Shown: positions 45,893-56,528, numbered from the stretch's first letter. The stretch is DNA of 64,000 nucleotides from Methanobacteriota archaeon (GCA_038141355.1 JAYQHX010000009.1:377978-441977); one strand, 5' to 3'. Notes: generated from the letters alone by a model not told the origin. Translations and numbers: made by a program.

Positions 45893-48214
45893 ATGGCGCA
45901 AAGGGACTCGAGATTGAAAATTCCAGTAATTTCAATGTTCATGGTGTTGTTAATGACTTTATCTGGCTGTTTGAATTTGGCTGCTGATGACAATGATGAT
46001 GCGGAACCAATTTATCTAAATCCATATTTGGGAGAGGAGGTAAAAAGAGTGTTTGGATCTCCAGATTTACAGTCGTTTGATGATTGTGATACCTTAGAAA
46101 CTGCATTGAAAAGAACAATCGAAGAAGAGACAAGAACTTCTCTAATGCAGGCCGTAGAAGAGCAATATTACCACTGGGGTGGCGGTTGGTTAGAAGATGA
46201 TGCTGAAATGGCAATGGATGCATCATCGGAGTCTTCAGGGTCTAGCCCTCCAGCTCAAACTAGAAACGAAGGAACTGATTATTCCGGTACAAATAATCAG
46301 GAACAAGGAGTAGACGAGGCAGATTTTGTCAAGACTGATGGTTTCCACATCTATTTCCTTGATAGTGGAGTTTTACAAATACTAGATGTTCCTGAATTTG
46401 GAGAGATTGAATTTGCTTCTTCAACATCTATTGAAGGAAGCCCGACTGCAATGATGTTAGATGGAGATAATCTCGTAGTGATTTCATCAGTGTATTCTTG
46501 GAGCCTAAATTCAAATGACCCGTTAGCAGATAGAATGGGTTGGGGGGATGATTGGTATGGCTGGAGGACTAGCACGTTAACCAAATTCACAGTATTCGAT
46601 GTATCCAACTCTTCTGACCCGCAAATCAGCAGAGAATTGTACATTGAAGGATATTACATGACTGCTCGAGAAGTCGCATCAACTGTTAGGACTGTCACAC
46701 ACACATGGATGGACATCCCCGACCTACAAACCTGGCTCCAATATCCAGATGGGTATTGGAACTTGGATTATGATGACCCAAATAGAAGGGTCTTGAGAGA
46801 ACAGGCAGCCGCAGCAGCAATCTCTCACAATAAAGAAGTTCTACGTTCAATCACTCTCGAAGATATTCTTCCTCAAGTACACGAGAGAGTAGGTGACCAA
46901 ATCATTACACACCACATGAGCGGTGAGGATTGTTCTGATTTCGCAGCACCTCAATATTCGTTTAACAGAGGTTTCACCAGTATTTTCACAATCGATCTAA
47001 TGTCCGAACAATTGGATTTTGAGGCAGACCACATCGTTGGAAACTGGCCCATGGTCTATGCATCTCAAGACGTCTTGGTAATCACCGAAAACTCCTGGGA
47101 TTGGTGGTGGTTCTGGGGCAATGATGACCTTAATGAAGCAACCAACATTCACACATTTGACATTAGCCAATCTGGAACTACCAGTTATACTGGTTCAGGA
47201 AGAGTTGATGGAACTATCAACGACCAATTCTCAATTTCAGAATTTGAAGGTGTTGTCCGAGTAGCTACAACAACCGGACAATGGGCTCGTTGGTGGATGG
47301 AAGACCCTGAGCCAATGCAAAGTCATGTTGTCACCTTTGGGCATTCTATGGATTTGGAAACTGGTCAACACACCCTTACAGAGTTAGGCAGAGTTGACGG
47401 CATCGCCTACAATGAATCGATTTGGTCAGCAAGATTTGTTGGTGACAGAGCATATATTGTGACCTTTGAAAACATGGACCCATTGTGGACAATTGACCTT
47501 TCAGACCCTACAGAACCTCGAATTATGGGAGAATTGGAGGTGCCGGGAGTTTCAACATACATTCATCCACTTTCCGATGATACAATTCTTACTATTGGAT
47601 TAGGTCCTGCCGATGAAGAGACAGGATTGGGATTAGATTGGAGCCACACCAGACTATCATTGTTTGATGTATCCAATTTCTCCGACCCACAATTGAGTGA
47701 AGTCTTGTCCCTTTCTCCGGTCGAAGACCCAGAAAACGGGTGGTCTTGGGCTTATTCGGAAGCGACATGGGAACACAAAGCATTCCAGTATTGGGAGCCT
47801 AAAGGAATGCTTGCAATACCAATGAACACATATCGTTATGATTACTTCTATGATAGTGCAGGAAAATATCACTATGATTATGATTGGGTAAGCAAATTAA
47901 TGATCGTAAATATCTCTGAAGACGGTATGGAAATTCACGGAGAAGTAGACCATTCAGAATTTTATGAATCCGACGAAAACAGGTGGTGGAATTCCTATAA
48001 TATCCGCAGGTCAATTTTCATGGGCGATTACATCTATGCTATTTCCCACGGGGGAATTACAGTCACACATCTTGATAGTTTGAATCAAACCGACTCTCAC
48101 CAATTCGAATATCCTGCTTACGAGGATTATTGGTATGGTGAAGAAGTAGAATCCTCTGCAGAAGATGATACCGCATCAGAAGATGGTAGCGTTGAAAGCG
48201 AAGATTCTCGATGA
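45893..48214 (+). CDS. exported lipoprotein with beta-propeller domain (PF09826/COG4880-like)
   Basis: The start at MAQRDSRLKIPVISMFMVLLMTLSGC gives a signal plus lipobox. QGVDEADFVKTDGFHIYFL and the repeated strand pattern are typical of that family. The C-terminus is acidic. Confidence 0.6.
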   Translation: MAQRDSRLKIPVISMFMVLLMTLSGCLNLAADDNDDAEPIYLNPYLGEEVKRVFGSPDLQSFDDCDTLETALKRTIEEETRTSLMQAVEEQYYHWGGGWLEDDAEMAMDASSESSGSSPPAQTRNEGTDYSGTNNQEQGVDEADFVKTDGFHIYFLDSGVLQILDVPEFGEIEFASSTSIEGSPTAMMLDGDNLVVISSVYSWSLNSNDPLADRMGWGDDWYGWRTSTLTKFTVFDVSNSSDPQISRELYIEGYYMTAREVASTVRTVTHTWMDIPDLQTWLQYPDGYWNLDYDDPNRRVLREQAAAAAISHNKEVLRSITLEDILPQVHERVGDQIITHHMSGEDCSDFAAPQYSFNRGFTSIFTIDLMSEQLDFEADHIVGNWPMVYASQDVLVITENSWDWWWFWGNDDLNEATNIHTFDISQSGTTSYTGSGRVDGTINDQFSISEFEGVVRVATTTGQWARWWMEDPEPMQSHVVTFGHSMDLETGQHTLTELGRVDGIAYNESIWSARFVGDRAYIVTFENMDPLWTIDLSDPTEPRIMGELEVPGVSTYIHPLSDDTILTIGLGPADEETGLGLDWSHTRLSLFDVSNFSDPQLSEVLSLSPVEDPENGWSWAYSEATWEHKAFQYWEPKGMLAIPMNTYRYDYFYDSAGKYHYDYDWVSKLMIVNISEDGMEIHGEVDHSEFYESDENRWWNSYNIRRSIFMGDYIYAISHGGITVTHLDSLNQTDSHQFEYPAYEDYWYGEEVESSAEDDTASEDGSVESEDSR

Positions 48215-48260
48215 CCCTCTTTTGAGGTAATATCAAAGACATCCTACATTTGGCCAGTTT

Positions 48261-49184
48261 ATGGTAAATGTAGCCCTTCTCGGATGTGGGCGCTGGGGCA
48301 GCAACCATTTGCGAACCCTGGCAAGGCTACGCGACTCCGGAATTGTAGGGAAAATCTCAGTTGTAGACATCTCTGAAGATGTGAGGAATCAAGCGGAATT
48401 AGCGGATTTTACGACCGCTAATATCGACGATGTAGACGCCGATTTAGTGATTATTGCGACTCCATCAAATTTACATTCTAAACAAGCGATAGAAATGATT
48501 CGCAAAGGGAAACATGTGCTGGTGGAAAAACCACTAGGCAAGTCAGAATACGAAGCGGCGGAAGTGATTTCCACAGCCCAAGAAAATGGAAAAATACTCA
48601 CTGTTGGACTATTATTGAGATTTCATCCTGCCCTAAGTATTGTTCAGAACTTGATTTCCACAGGTAAATTGGGCAGAATCGAATCGATGCGATTCGTTCG
48701 CAGATCAACCAGAACACCTGCGTCCCGAAACAATGTCATTGAAGCTCTAGGCGTACATGGAATAGACATGGTTTGCCATTTGATGGGCGAGGTCGAACCT
48801 AGTGCAATCAACGTGGAAGGCGATGAAATCGAATCGCGAATCGCTTTGGAATTCCCTCATGGAATTGAAGCATTAATCGATGTGGCATGGAATGCATCCG
48901 TGGAGAGCAGCTCTGTGTCAATAGTAGGCTCAAATGCGAAAATTGTATTCGATTTGAACAATCATGAATCAGCGACATTGTACAAGGACGGAGAGGAGTT
49001 TATTCTACAATGCGAAAGTAATTACTCACCATTAGAAGCAGAAATTAGGCATATAATACAAGGGATAATTGCTCAAGAAGAAGAGAAAAATTGGACCCCA
49101 AACCCTTCTTTTGGCGCAGTCCTAAGAGGAGTTAGATGGACAGAAAAAGCTCTAGCATCAATGCCCCACATACGGCCACATTGA
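48261..49184 (+). CDS. Gfo/Idh/MocA-family NAD(P)-dependent oxidoreductase
   Basis: N-terminal Rossmann VNVALLGCGRWGSNHL, ATPSNLHSKQAIEMIRKGKHVLVEKPL (the family EKP motif). Confidence 0.8.
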   Translation: MVNVALLGCGRWGSNHLRTLARLRDSGIVGKISVVDISEDVRNQAELADFTTANIDDVDADLVIIATPSNLHSKQAIEMIRKGKHVLVEKPLGKSEYEAAEVISTAQENGKILTVGLLLRFHPALSIVQNLISTGKLGRIESMRFVRRSTRTPASRNNVIEALGVHGIDMVCHLMGEVEPSAINVEGDEIESRIALEFPHGIEALIDVAWNASVESSSVSIVGSNAKIVFDLNNHESATLYKDGEEFILQCESNYSPLEAEIRHIIQGIIAQEEEKNWTPNPSFGAVLRGVRWTEKALASMPHIRPH

Positions 49185-49203
49185 AGAATCAAAAGTTTCT
49201 CGG

Positions 49204-49698
49204 ATGGGTATGGCCGCAGCACCATCAGGCGAATCCGAACCTCTATTCGTCCTAGAACCTCTTCCAGAACTATCGAACGTGATAGGCTCCTTCTCTGAAA
49301 CAAACATGTTTGTGTTAGCCGGCGGATTGATTTTAATGGCTTATTTCATCATAAGATTCGAAGACCCATTCCAGAAAATGTGGACAGCCGGTCTTACTTT
49401 CACTCTGTTGAACTATTATGTCACAGACTCCCTATTCTATTCGATGATTTTCACAAGCGTTTTTGTCTTAGTTTTCGTAATGGTATGGACGGCTATGCGC
49501 TGGGAAGATGTAAAGCGCGCATTAGGTATTGATAGAGCGAGGACTCTATCAGCAATCTCATTTGTTGTCTGCACTTGGATTTTGGTGGTGCTTGGACACG
49601 CTATCGGTATGCCAACAGGATCTGGCATTGTGATTTGTTCAATGGTCACCGCTTACCTTTGGTGGACATATTATTCCCTTGAACCAGCACGCGTTTAA
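49204..49698 (+). CDS. hypothetical membrane protein
   Basis: 164-aa ORF with four predicted TM helices. No family recognised. Confidence 0.4.
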   Translation: MGMAAAPSGESEPLFVLEPLPELSNVIGSFSETNMFVLAGGLILMAYFIIRFEDPFQKMWTAGLTFTLLNYYVTDSLFYSMIFTSVFVLVFVMVWTAMRWEDVKRALGIDRARTLSAISFVVCTWILVVLGHAIGMPTGSGIVICSMVTAYLWWTYYSLEPARV

Positions 49699-49736
49699 TT
49701 GCGAAGGGTCAAGGACTGCGAGCGAATCGAAATATC

Positions 49737-51083
49737 ATGGCGACTTTTGCTAGCCACCCGGAATTACCTGAGATTTTGGAAGGCCTATTAGCGCCGGATG
49801 TCCACACACTATTCTTGAAAGCAGATTGCCCTCCAAGAACCAAAGCCGGCGGAATTGGTGAGTTGAGACTATCTGAAGTAGATGGGGCAGATGATGGTGG
49901 GTGGAACAATTTAAGGCTTGAATCACTACAGGAAGAGTTAATCACTATTGTAGAGGAGAATCAGGACAGGTCAGATTGTTTCCTTGAAATAGATAGGAAA
50001 GGATGCCAAGTTATACAACTTGGAGATTTGCGAATTTCTTGCGCTTGGCCACCATTTGCAGATGCGAGAGAAATCACGATTGTAAGGCCTGTAGCCAAAT
50101 TATCTCTTTCGGATTATGAGATCGACCCTAAACTAATCAGCAGATTATCCGACCACCATCGAGGAGTATTCATTTGTGGCCGGCCAGGTTCAGGTAAAAC
50201 AACACTTGCTCAAGCGATTGCCGAATATCTTGATGATGACGTAGGCGCAATGGTCAAGACAATGGAGGCCCCGAGAGACTTACAATTGCCTACAAGAATA
50301 ACTCAATATGCACCTCTAGAGGGAGACTTAGAAAAAACTGCAGAAATTATTTTCCTTGTAAGGCCCGATTTCGTAATTTTTGACGAAGTAAGAAGAGCCA
50401 GAGATTTTGAGATATTCGCTGATGTAAGATTGGCTGGTGTTGGCCTTTTGGGAGTCACCCACGCAAATTCCGCATTAGAGGCGATTCAACGCTTGATAGG
50501 TAAGGTAGAACTTGGATTGGTAAGCCAGGTCTTAGATACGATTCTTCACGTAGAATCGGGAAAAATCCAACAGGTATTGGAATTGAGAATGACTGTTAAA
50601 CCTCCAAGCGGTATGCAGGAAGAGTTAGCTAGGCCGGTTATCGAAATAGTCGAATTCCCAAGCGGAAGAATAACACACGAGATGTTCGCATTTGGCTCGG
50701 AGATTGCTGTAGTCCCAATTAGTGGTTCTGCGTCTAGGGGGTCAGCGATTAACAGTCTTGCAAGGGAACAACTGGTTCTGAAAATTAAACAATGGGTTGG
50801 AGTTCAATGCGGTGTAAAAATCACCGGTCCAAATTCAGCAGAGATTTACGCTCCGAAAGGAATGGTTGCAACACTGATCGGAAAGGGTGGCGAAAACATC
50901 CAATCCTTGCAGGAAGAGTTGGGCGGAATGAAACTTTCAGTATCTTCCTTTGCAGAAATGCCTGATGATGTTTACGTTGATATCGAAGACCCATATGAAA
51001 CACTGGAACAAAGAGCCAGACATTCCAAATCATGGGATTATTCGAAAAAGGGTGGCAAGAAGTCAAAGAAAAGGCGAAGATGA
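49737..51083 (+). CDS. PilT/VirB11-like P-loop ATPase with C-terminal KH domain (archaeal COG1855-like)
   Basis: Walker A FICGRPGSGKTTLAQA, Walker B FVIFDEVR, a KH-type GxxG loop ATLIGKGGENIQSLQEELG, and a basic tail KKGGKKSKKRRR. Confidence 0.7.
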   Translation: MATFASHPELPEILEGLLAPDVHTLFLKADCPPRTKAGGIGELRLSEVDGADDGGWNNLRLESLQEELITIVEENQDRSDCFLEIDRKGCQVIQLGDLRISCAWPPFADAREITIVRPVAKLSLSDYEIDPKLISRLSDHHRGVFICGRPGSGKTTLAQAIAEYLDDDVGAMVKTMEAPRDLQLPTRITQYAPLEGDLEKTAEIIFLVRPDFVIFDEVRRARDFEIFADVRLAGVGLLGVTHANSALEAIQRLIGKVELGLVSQVLDTILHVESGKIQQVLELRMTVKPPSGMQEELARPVIEIVEFPSGRITHEMFAFGSEIAVVPISGSASRGSAINSLAREQLVLKIKQWVGVQCGVKITGPNSAEIYAPKGMVATLIGKGGENIQSLQEELGGMKLSVSSFAEMPDDVYVDIEDPYETLEQRARHSKSWDYSKKGGKKSKKRRR

Positions 51084-51104
51084 TTCGAATTTTCCGACAA
51101 TCTA

Positions 51105-51578
51105 TTGAATACCCACTTGCATCGAGAAGACATGCCCAGCGCGTTGGCCTTGACCATTTTAGCAAGCAGCCTAACCACGGTTGCTGACTGGGCGGGTTGG
51201 CATTATGTGTGGCGGCATGAAAAAATAGGTGATGAACCAACACCCAGAAAACATAGCCCATCGAGTATTTTTATTTCCTATTACTTGCCATTCATGCCAA
51301 CATTAGCAATTATTCTTGGCCCCTCTTTATTGGGTTTATACAATTACGGATTCGAAAAGGTTGCCACAACTGTGCTATATGCAGTTTTAGCAATAATTAC
51401 TGCTGGAGTATCAGCAAGCGGATTGGCTGTAAAGAGAAGCCAATTAGAAGAGAAAGGCTCTAGAGAACTGATTGGCAAAGAAGACTCATTACCTGATTTT
51501 GCTTTTGAACATCTTAATTGGACAATTTCATTGCTCGTAATATCATCATTATTCTGGTTTTATCTCCTACTTGCATGA
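51105..51578 (+). CDS. hypothetical membrane protein
   Basis: 157-aa ORF (TTG start; ATG alternative at 51132) with four TM segments. Confidence 0.4.
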   Translation: MNTHLHREDMPSALALTILASSLTTVADWAGWHYVWRHEKIGDEPTPRKHSPSSIFISYYLPFMPTLAIILGPSLLGLYNYGFEKVATTVLYAVLAIITAGVSASGLAVKRSQLEEKGSRELIGKEDSLPDFAFEHLNWTISLLVISSLFWFYLLLA

Positions 51579-51614
51579 AAGATGGTTTCATGAATAGGCG
51601 TGTGTAGGAGGCAT

Positions 51615-53180
51615 ATGATGGCCCAAGCACCGGATGGTAGTGGAACCGCACCGGTTCGAATCACTCGCCAGTCCACATCGATTACCAGCGGGGCTTCTGT
51701 TAGCCAAAAATTAATTTCAGCATCAGTAGCATTTGGTAATGTAATCAAAGGAACATTCGGGCCAAACGGTCTTGACAAAATGCTCTACAAAACCAACGGC
51801 GAGGCAGCAGTCACAAATGATGGGGCGAAAATAATTGCAGAATTATTGGTCAAGCATCCCGCAGCAAAAGCATTCGTAAGTCTTGCAGAAAGCCAAGAAA
51901 ATGCTTGTGGTGACGGAGTCACAGGTTGTGTAATATTCGCTAGTGAACTAATGAGTGAGGCAGGTCGTTTATTGGAAAGAGGCATTCATCCGTTGGTCGT
52001 TGTAAAAGGGTACCAATTAGCACTTGAGATAGTATTAGATTTGATTTCAGAAAGGTCGGTCACTGGTAAAGATAAGTTGACCAGCGTAGCAAAGACAGCA
52101 TTGGTTGGTCGCTCGACAGAAGGTGCATCTGAACAACTTTCAGAATTAATCGCCAATGCTGTAAATATTATTCCAGATTCAGATTATGAAAGAGTACGGA
52201 TGGCAAAAGATGGAAGAGGAACAGCTGCAAATTCCTACTTAATCGAGGGCTTGTTAATTGAGAAAAGGCAAGCACTCGATAGGATGCCAAAAGAGGTTTC
52301 AGATTGTAAAGTCTCGATTCTGTCATGTCCTTTAGAAATCGAGAAATCTACCGTAGCATCTGAAATTGAAATCACTACTCCAGAACAATACGAAGCGTTC
52401 ATCGATGCTGAAGAAAAAATAATCCGAGAAATAGCTCAAAAGGTGATAAGTTCAGGTGCAGGAATTGTAATCTGTACTGAAGCCATAGATTCTCGGATTT
52501 TACACATCCTTGCAGATGAGGGAATTTATGCTCTTTCAAATCTTGAAAAAGACATTGCTGAAGATATAGTCGAATCTTCTAATGGTATGTTATGTGATCA
52601 TCTTGATGACATTGATTCGTCACTTGGCGATGTCAGGCATCTAGTTCATGAACGTCTAGAAGGGCACGAAGGAGTCAAAGAAAGGGTAGTCATTGAATCT
52701 AAAGAAAAATCAGGGATTGTCACGATTGTGGTCGGAGGAACCGATGGGATTTCAACCGAGGAAACAATCAGAGGCCTTTACGATTCTCTACGCTCATGCT
52801 GCATAGCAAAAGAGGATGACTCGGTGCTACTAGGCGGGGGAAGCCTACACGCAGCAGCGGCATTAAAGATCAAAGAAATCGCAGAAACGAATTCTGGCAG
52901 GGAGAGGTTGGCTATGGAGGCTTTTGCTAGAGCATTGGAATCTATTCCCGCTACACTGGCTGCAAATAACGGACGAGACAGAATAGACACGCTTCTGGAG
53001 TTGAGGTCTATGCATAGAAATGGTAATTCTGGGGCTGGAGTTTCACAATCCGGCTTACCTGTTGAAATCAAAGATGTTTACATTCCAACCTATACAATCG
53101 AGCATTCGATTTCGGCTGCATGCGAGACAGCGTGCGGCTTATTGCGTGTCGACCAGGTAATTTCAGCCAGAGGCGATTGA
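51615..53180 (+). CDS. ths: thermosome subunit (group II chaperonin)
   Basis: GPNGLDKMLY, TNDGAKII, HPAAKAF, a nucleotide loop variant CGDGVTG, VVGGTDG and GGGSLHAAAA. The ATG at 51615 follows AGGAGG; the ORF track starts at GTG 51600. Confidence 0.85.
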   Translation: MMAQAPDGSGTAPVRITRQSTSITSGASVSQKLISASVAFGNVIKGTFGPNGLDKMLYKTNGEAAVTNDGAKIIAELLVKHPAAKAFVSLAESQENACGDGVTGCVIFASELMSEAGRLLERGIHPLVVVKGYQLALEIVLDLISERSVTGKDKLTSVAKTALVGRSTEGASEQLSELIANAVNIIPDSDYERVRMAKDGRGTAANSYLIEGLLIEKRQALDRMPKEVSDCKVSILSCPLEIEKSTVASEIEITTPEQYEAFIDAEEKIIREIAQKVISSGAGIVICTEAIDSRILHILADEGIYALSNLEKDIAEDIVESSNGMLCDHLDDIDSSLGDVRHLVHERLEGHEGVKERVVIESKEKSGIVTIVVGGTDGISTEETIRGLYDSLRSCCIAKEDDSVLLGGGSLHAAAALKIKEIAETNSGRERLAMEAFARALESIPATLAANNGRDRIDTLLELRSMHRNGNSGAGVSQSGLPVEIKDVYIPTYTIEHSISAACETACGLLRVDQVISARGD

Positions 53181-53232
53181 GTCGGCACGTTCATCTAACT
53201 AGCATTACTACCTTTCCTAACGGGTATCGAAT

Positions 53233-54855
53233 ATGCAAGAGCCAACCCGTCCCAGAGCACTACTTTCAGTGTATGATAAAACAGGAATAGTCGAATTTGC
53301 AAAAGGATTGTCAGACCTAGGATTCGAATTAGTTTCCACCGGCGGAACAGCAAGAAAATTGAGAGAAAATGGCCTGGAAGTAATTGGGGTTTCCGATGTT
53401 ACAGGGCATCCAGAAATTTTCGATGGCAGGGTCAAATCATTGCACCCAGCTATCCATGGACCTCTACTAGCAAGACTGGAAAAGGAAAGCGATGCTACAG
53501 GATTGAAAGAATTAGGGTATCCAATGATAGAAGTTGTTGCTTGCAATCTGTATCCATTCTCAGACGCTGCTGCAACAGAACCTCCTCTTGAAGACCTAGA
53601 TTTACTGGAAATGATCGATATCGGTGGTCCAACAATGGTTCGTGCTGCCGCCAAGAATCATCGAAATGTGGTGATTGTTTGCAATCCGGATGATTACAAT
53701 TCGGTAATTAGCGACCTCGAATCAAATTCGATGGGCCTTGAAAGAAGGAGAGAATTGGCCCTGAAAGCATACGAGCACACCGCATCTTACGATAGCGCAA
53801 TTTCAAATGAATTATCGAGCAGATGGAAAGGACTACCCGAAGAGTCAAACGATATCTTGGAGCAATCTGCAAGATTTCAAGATACGATGACTGTATCAAC
53901 AAATATTTCTCATAATTTACGATACGGAGAAAACTCTCACCAAGCGGCTGCATTGTATATTGACCCAACCTCTAGAGAGGGGGAAACCTTGGTCACTGCA
54001 ATGGTCGAAGGCGGCAAAGAAATGAGTTACAACAACTATTCTGATGCAGATGCAACACTGCGTTTGTGCAGATCCCTCTCCACTGATGAATGGCCAGACA
54101 CACCTCATGCTTGTGTGATTGTAAAGCATAACAATCCGTGTGGTGCAGCCTTAGGGAAAACCCAGTTGGAGGCCTATGAAGCAGCATTAGCAAGCGACCC
54201 AGAAAGCGCATTCGGCTCAATAATTTGTGTAAACGAACCAGTTACCATCGAATTTGCAAAAGCGCTAGAACCTTTGTTCTTGGAAGTACTAATGGCGCCA
54301 GACTATGAAGAAGGGGCTAAGGAAATTTTGATGGCAAAAAAGAATCGCAGAATTCTGACAATAAAATCTCCAAACAATAGGCTATCTCCATTAACAAGAA
54401 AGACGGTTAGAAAGGAAATCGAAGGCGGATGGTTAGTTCAAACCGAAGAGCCACCAATCATCGATTGGTCCAAGGCAGAAGTTGTGACACAAAAGGCTCC
54501 ATCTGAGGACGAAATAGCGTCGATGAAGTTTGCAGTTAGGGTTTGTGAACAAGTCAAATCAAATGCTATCGTTATGGTACAAGGACTGGCAACCGTAGGT
54601 ATTGGCCCAGGACAAACCAGTAGAGTAGAAGCGGTTAGAATCGCATCTCGTAGAGCAGGAGATAGAGCAAAAGGCTGTGTTTTGGCAAGCGATGCATTCT
54701 TCCCATTCAAAGATGGAATAGAGCAAGCAGCAGAAGCTGGGGCTTCATCGATTGTTCAGCCAGGGGGCTCAATTCGCGACCAAGAAGTAATAGATGAAGC
54801 AAATTCAAGGGGAATTTCAATGCTATTTACTAAACATAGATTGTTTAGGCATTGA
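53233..54855 (+). CDS. purH: bifunctional AICAR formyltransferase / IMP cyclohydrolase PurH
   Basis: ALLSVYDKTGIVEFAKGL...LVSTGGTA, GRVKSLHP, IDIGGPTMVRAAAKNH, VIVKHNNPCG, GIGPGQTSRV, the ending QPGGSIRD and FRH. Confidence 0.9.
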   Translation: MQEPTRPRALLSVYDKTGIVEFAKGLSDLGFELVSTGGTARKLRENGLEVIGVSDVTGHPEIFDGRVKSLHPAIHGPLLARLEKESDATGLKELGYPMIEVVACNLYPFSDAAATEPPLEDLDLLEMIDIGGPTMVRAAAKNHRNVVIVCNPDDYNSVISDLESNSMGLERRRELALKAYEHTASYDSAISNELSSRWKGLPEESNDILEQSARFQDTMTVSTNISHNLRYGENSHQAAALYIDPTSREGETLVTAMVEGGKEMSYNNYSDADATLRLCRSLSTDEWPDTPHACVIVKHNNPCGAALGKTQLEAYEAALASDPESAFGSIICVNEPVTIEFAKALEPLFLEVLMAPDYEEGAKEILMAKKNRRILTIKSPNNRLSPLTRKTVRKEIEGGWLVQTEEPPIIDWSKAEVVTQKAPSEDEIASMKFAVRVCEQVKSNAIVMVQGLATVGIGPGQTSRVEAVRIASRRAGDRAKGCVLASDAFFPFKDGIEQAAEAGASSIVQPGGSIRDQEVIDEANSRGISMLFTKHRLFRH

Positions 54856-55347
54856 TTACTTACGTGATTTCACCATGAAAGAAACGTATAGCATACCAAG
54901 AATTCCAACGACTAGGATTGTAATTGAACCAAATGCGTATTGGTCCGCACCAGTCCATGTTGAAGGTTTCATCAATTCACCATCGCCTTTTGTTGAAACA
55001 TACCAAACGAAGTAAGCAGAGATTGTTGCCATGAGGAAAATGAATCCAACAATAACTCCCTTGACGTGTTTTGGAAGGGTTTTACCTGTTGAATAATAAG
55101 CGAATAACGAGTTTCCAAAGTACTTGTTTGTAAGAGTCCATCGAAACAATCTCTCATTTGAAAGAGAGAAAAGAAATGCCGCAGGAACGGCCCATGAAAC
55201 GGTAGGCCAGCCTGGAATCCAAATCCCAATTATGGAGAAAACGACGAAAAGTGAGCCCAAACCGACGTAAATTTTGCTTTTGATTGGGCTACTGACAACA
55301 GCATATTTTGCGACGACCTCGTCAACAGTCTTGAGAGGTTCATCCAT
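54856..55347 (-). CDS. DUF454/YbaN-like small membrane protein
   Basis: IGIWIPGWPTVSWAVPAAFLFSLSNERLFRWTLTNKYFG resembles the YbaN family core. The start is set at the internal ATG (MDEPLK) so that the purN start is not overlapped; the track ORF extends to 55464. Confidence 0.5.
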   Translation of the reverse strand: MDEPLKTVDEVVAKYAVVSSPIKSKIYVGLGSLFVVFSIIGIWIPGWPTVSWAVPAAFLFSLSNERLFRWTLTNKYFGNSLFAYYSTGKTLPKHVKGVIVGFIFLMATISAYFVWYVSTKGDGELMKPSTWTGADQYAFGSITILVVGILGMLYVSFMVKSRK

Positions 55348-55429
55348 ATGGCTATCGAATTTGACTCCTTTTATCAAATATGGTATTGAACAAGCAAAGG
55401 CATTTTGCGGGGTACTTCTTCGTATAACC

Positions 55430-56068
55430 ATGGCAGAAGAGTGGATACTTCCTCGAAAGGGCACTCTTGAGAACCCGCTACGAATTGCTGTCCTAATATC
55501 TGGGTCCGGTTCAGGAATGGCTGCTTTGCTGAACCATCAATTAGAGGACGATTGTCTTCACAAAACCGTATTAGTAATCAGCGATAGAAATGATGCAAAG
55601 GGATTAGAAAAAGCCGAATCTCTCGGCTGCAAATCACTTGCAATCCTCCTTCCAGATATTGAAGATAAAACTCAACGAAGGCGTAAACATGAGGAATTTA
55701 TTCATCAATCTTTGATTGATAATGATATCGAATTGATAATTTTATCAGGGTATATGAGGATTCTAACTCCTGATTTTGTTAAGCCATGGGCGGGGAGAAT
55801 TTTGAATATTCATCCGTCTCTATTACCGGATTTTCCAGGAGCCCATGCTCATAGAGATGTAATTGCAGCAGGAGCAAAAACAACTGGCTGCACAGTTCAT
55901 TTTGTTGATAGCGGAATGGATACAGGCCCAATCATTGCTCAGGAAAGCCTCGCTATACTAGATGAAGATACGGAAGAAACACTTTCTGAGAGGGTAAAGG
56001 AATTAGAACACAAATTGTATCCTAAGGTTGTTGATTCAATTTCTGCAGGAGAGATTGAATCTCCTTGA
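55430..56068 (+). CDS. purN: phosphoribosylglycinamide formyltransferase PurN
   Basis: RIAVLISGSGSGMAALL, ILSGYMRIL, NIHPSLLPDFPGAHAHRD and DSGMDTGPII. The start is set at ATG 55430 (MAEEW); the ORF track starts at 55274. Confidence 0.85.
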   Translation: MAEEWILPRKGTLENPLRIAVLISGSGSGMAALLNHQLEDDCLHKTVLVISDRNDAKGLEKAESLGCKSLAILLPDIEDKTQRRRKHEEFIHQSLIDNDIELIILSGYMRILTPDFVKPWAGRILNIHPSLLPDFPGAHAHRDVIAAGAKTTGCTVHFVDSGMDTGPIIAQESLAILDEDTEETLSERVKELEHKLYPKVVDSISAGEIESP

Positions 56069-56528
56069 ATTCCTCAGGAGTGTTAAAATTCCTTGCTTTG
56101 ATTCCACCTTCGCAACTTGGAATCTGTGCAAAAACCTCAGAAATTTTGTCTGAGTGGACCAATTGCTCACCACTTTTAATTCTAGCAAGTAATGGTTGGC
56201 GATTTCCATTATCATCGCAAGGCACTCCTGTAATCCGGTGAAATAATTCTGAATCGGCCAAGTATGCATCGCATGCAACCAATTGGATTTCTCCCTCGAT
56301 TGTCGAGATTATATCCAAAAGAGATCTAGCAAGATTTTCTTTACTATCGGGCATACATTCGCCAGAGAAAAGTTCTATTCGCTCAACACTTCCACACATG
56401 GTGATTATTCGATTACAACCAAATTGTTCCAACTCAGAATTCAGCCGTTCTACGTTTGAATTTAGTAGGGACTTATCAGAACCCATTCTGGTTGAATTAC
56501 CACCAGCAATAATTATTCCAGTGACCAA
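56022..56528 (-). CDS. mobA: MobA-like nucleotidyltransferase (molybdenum cofactor guanylyl/cytidylyl-transferase family)
   Basis: N-terminal signature TGIIIAGGNSTRMGSDKSLL. 168 aa, TTG start. The 47-nt convergent overlap with purN suggests one 3' end is imprecise. Confidence 0.6.
   Translation of the reverse strand: MVTGIIIAGGNSTRMGSDKSLLNSNVERLNSELEQFGCNRIITMCGSVERIELFSGECMPDSKENLARSLLDIISTIEGEIQLVACDAYLADSELFHRITGVPCDDNGNRQPLLARIKSGEQLVHSDKISEVFAQIPSCEGGIKARNFNTPEEFKEIQSLLQKLNQQP

Noticed and set aside
51870-51930. Thermosome nucleotide-binding loop reads GDGVTG instead of the usual GDGTTT.
   Set aside because: It is a conservative variation within an otherwise full-length, motif-complete group II chaperonin. 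I cannot judge without an alignment, and it is probably lineage variation.
56022-56068. Convergent gene overlaps treated as functional antisense arrangements: purN/mobA 47 nt, polB/radB-like 124 nt, degT-like/CYTH 23 nt.
   Set aside because: Given the demonstrated indel rate, extended 3' ends are more likely frame artefacts. The polB tail, for example, follows G5/A6 runs.
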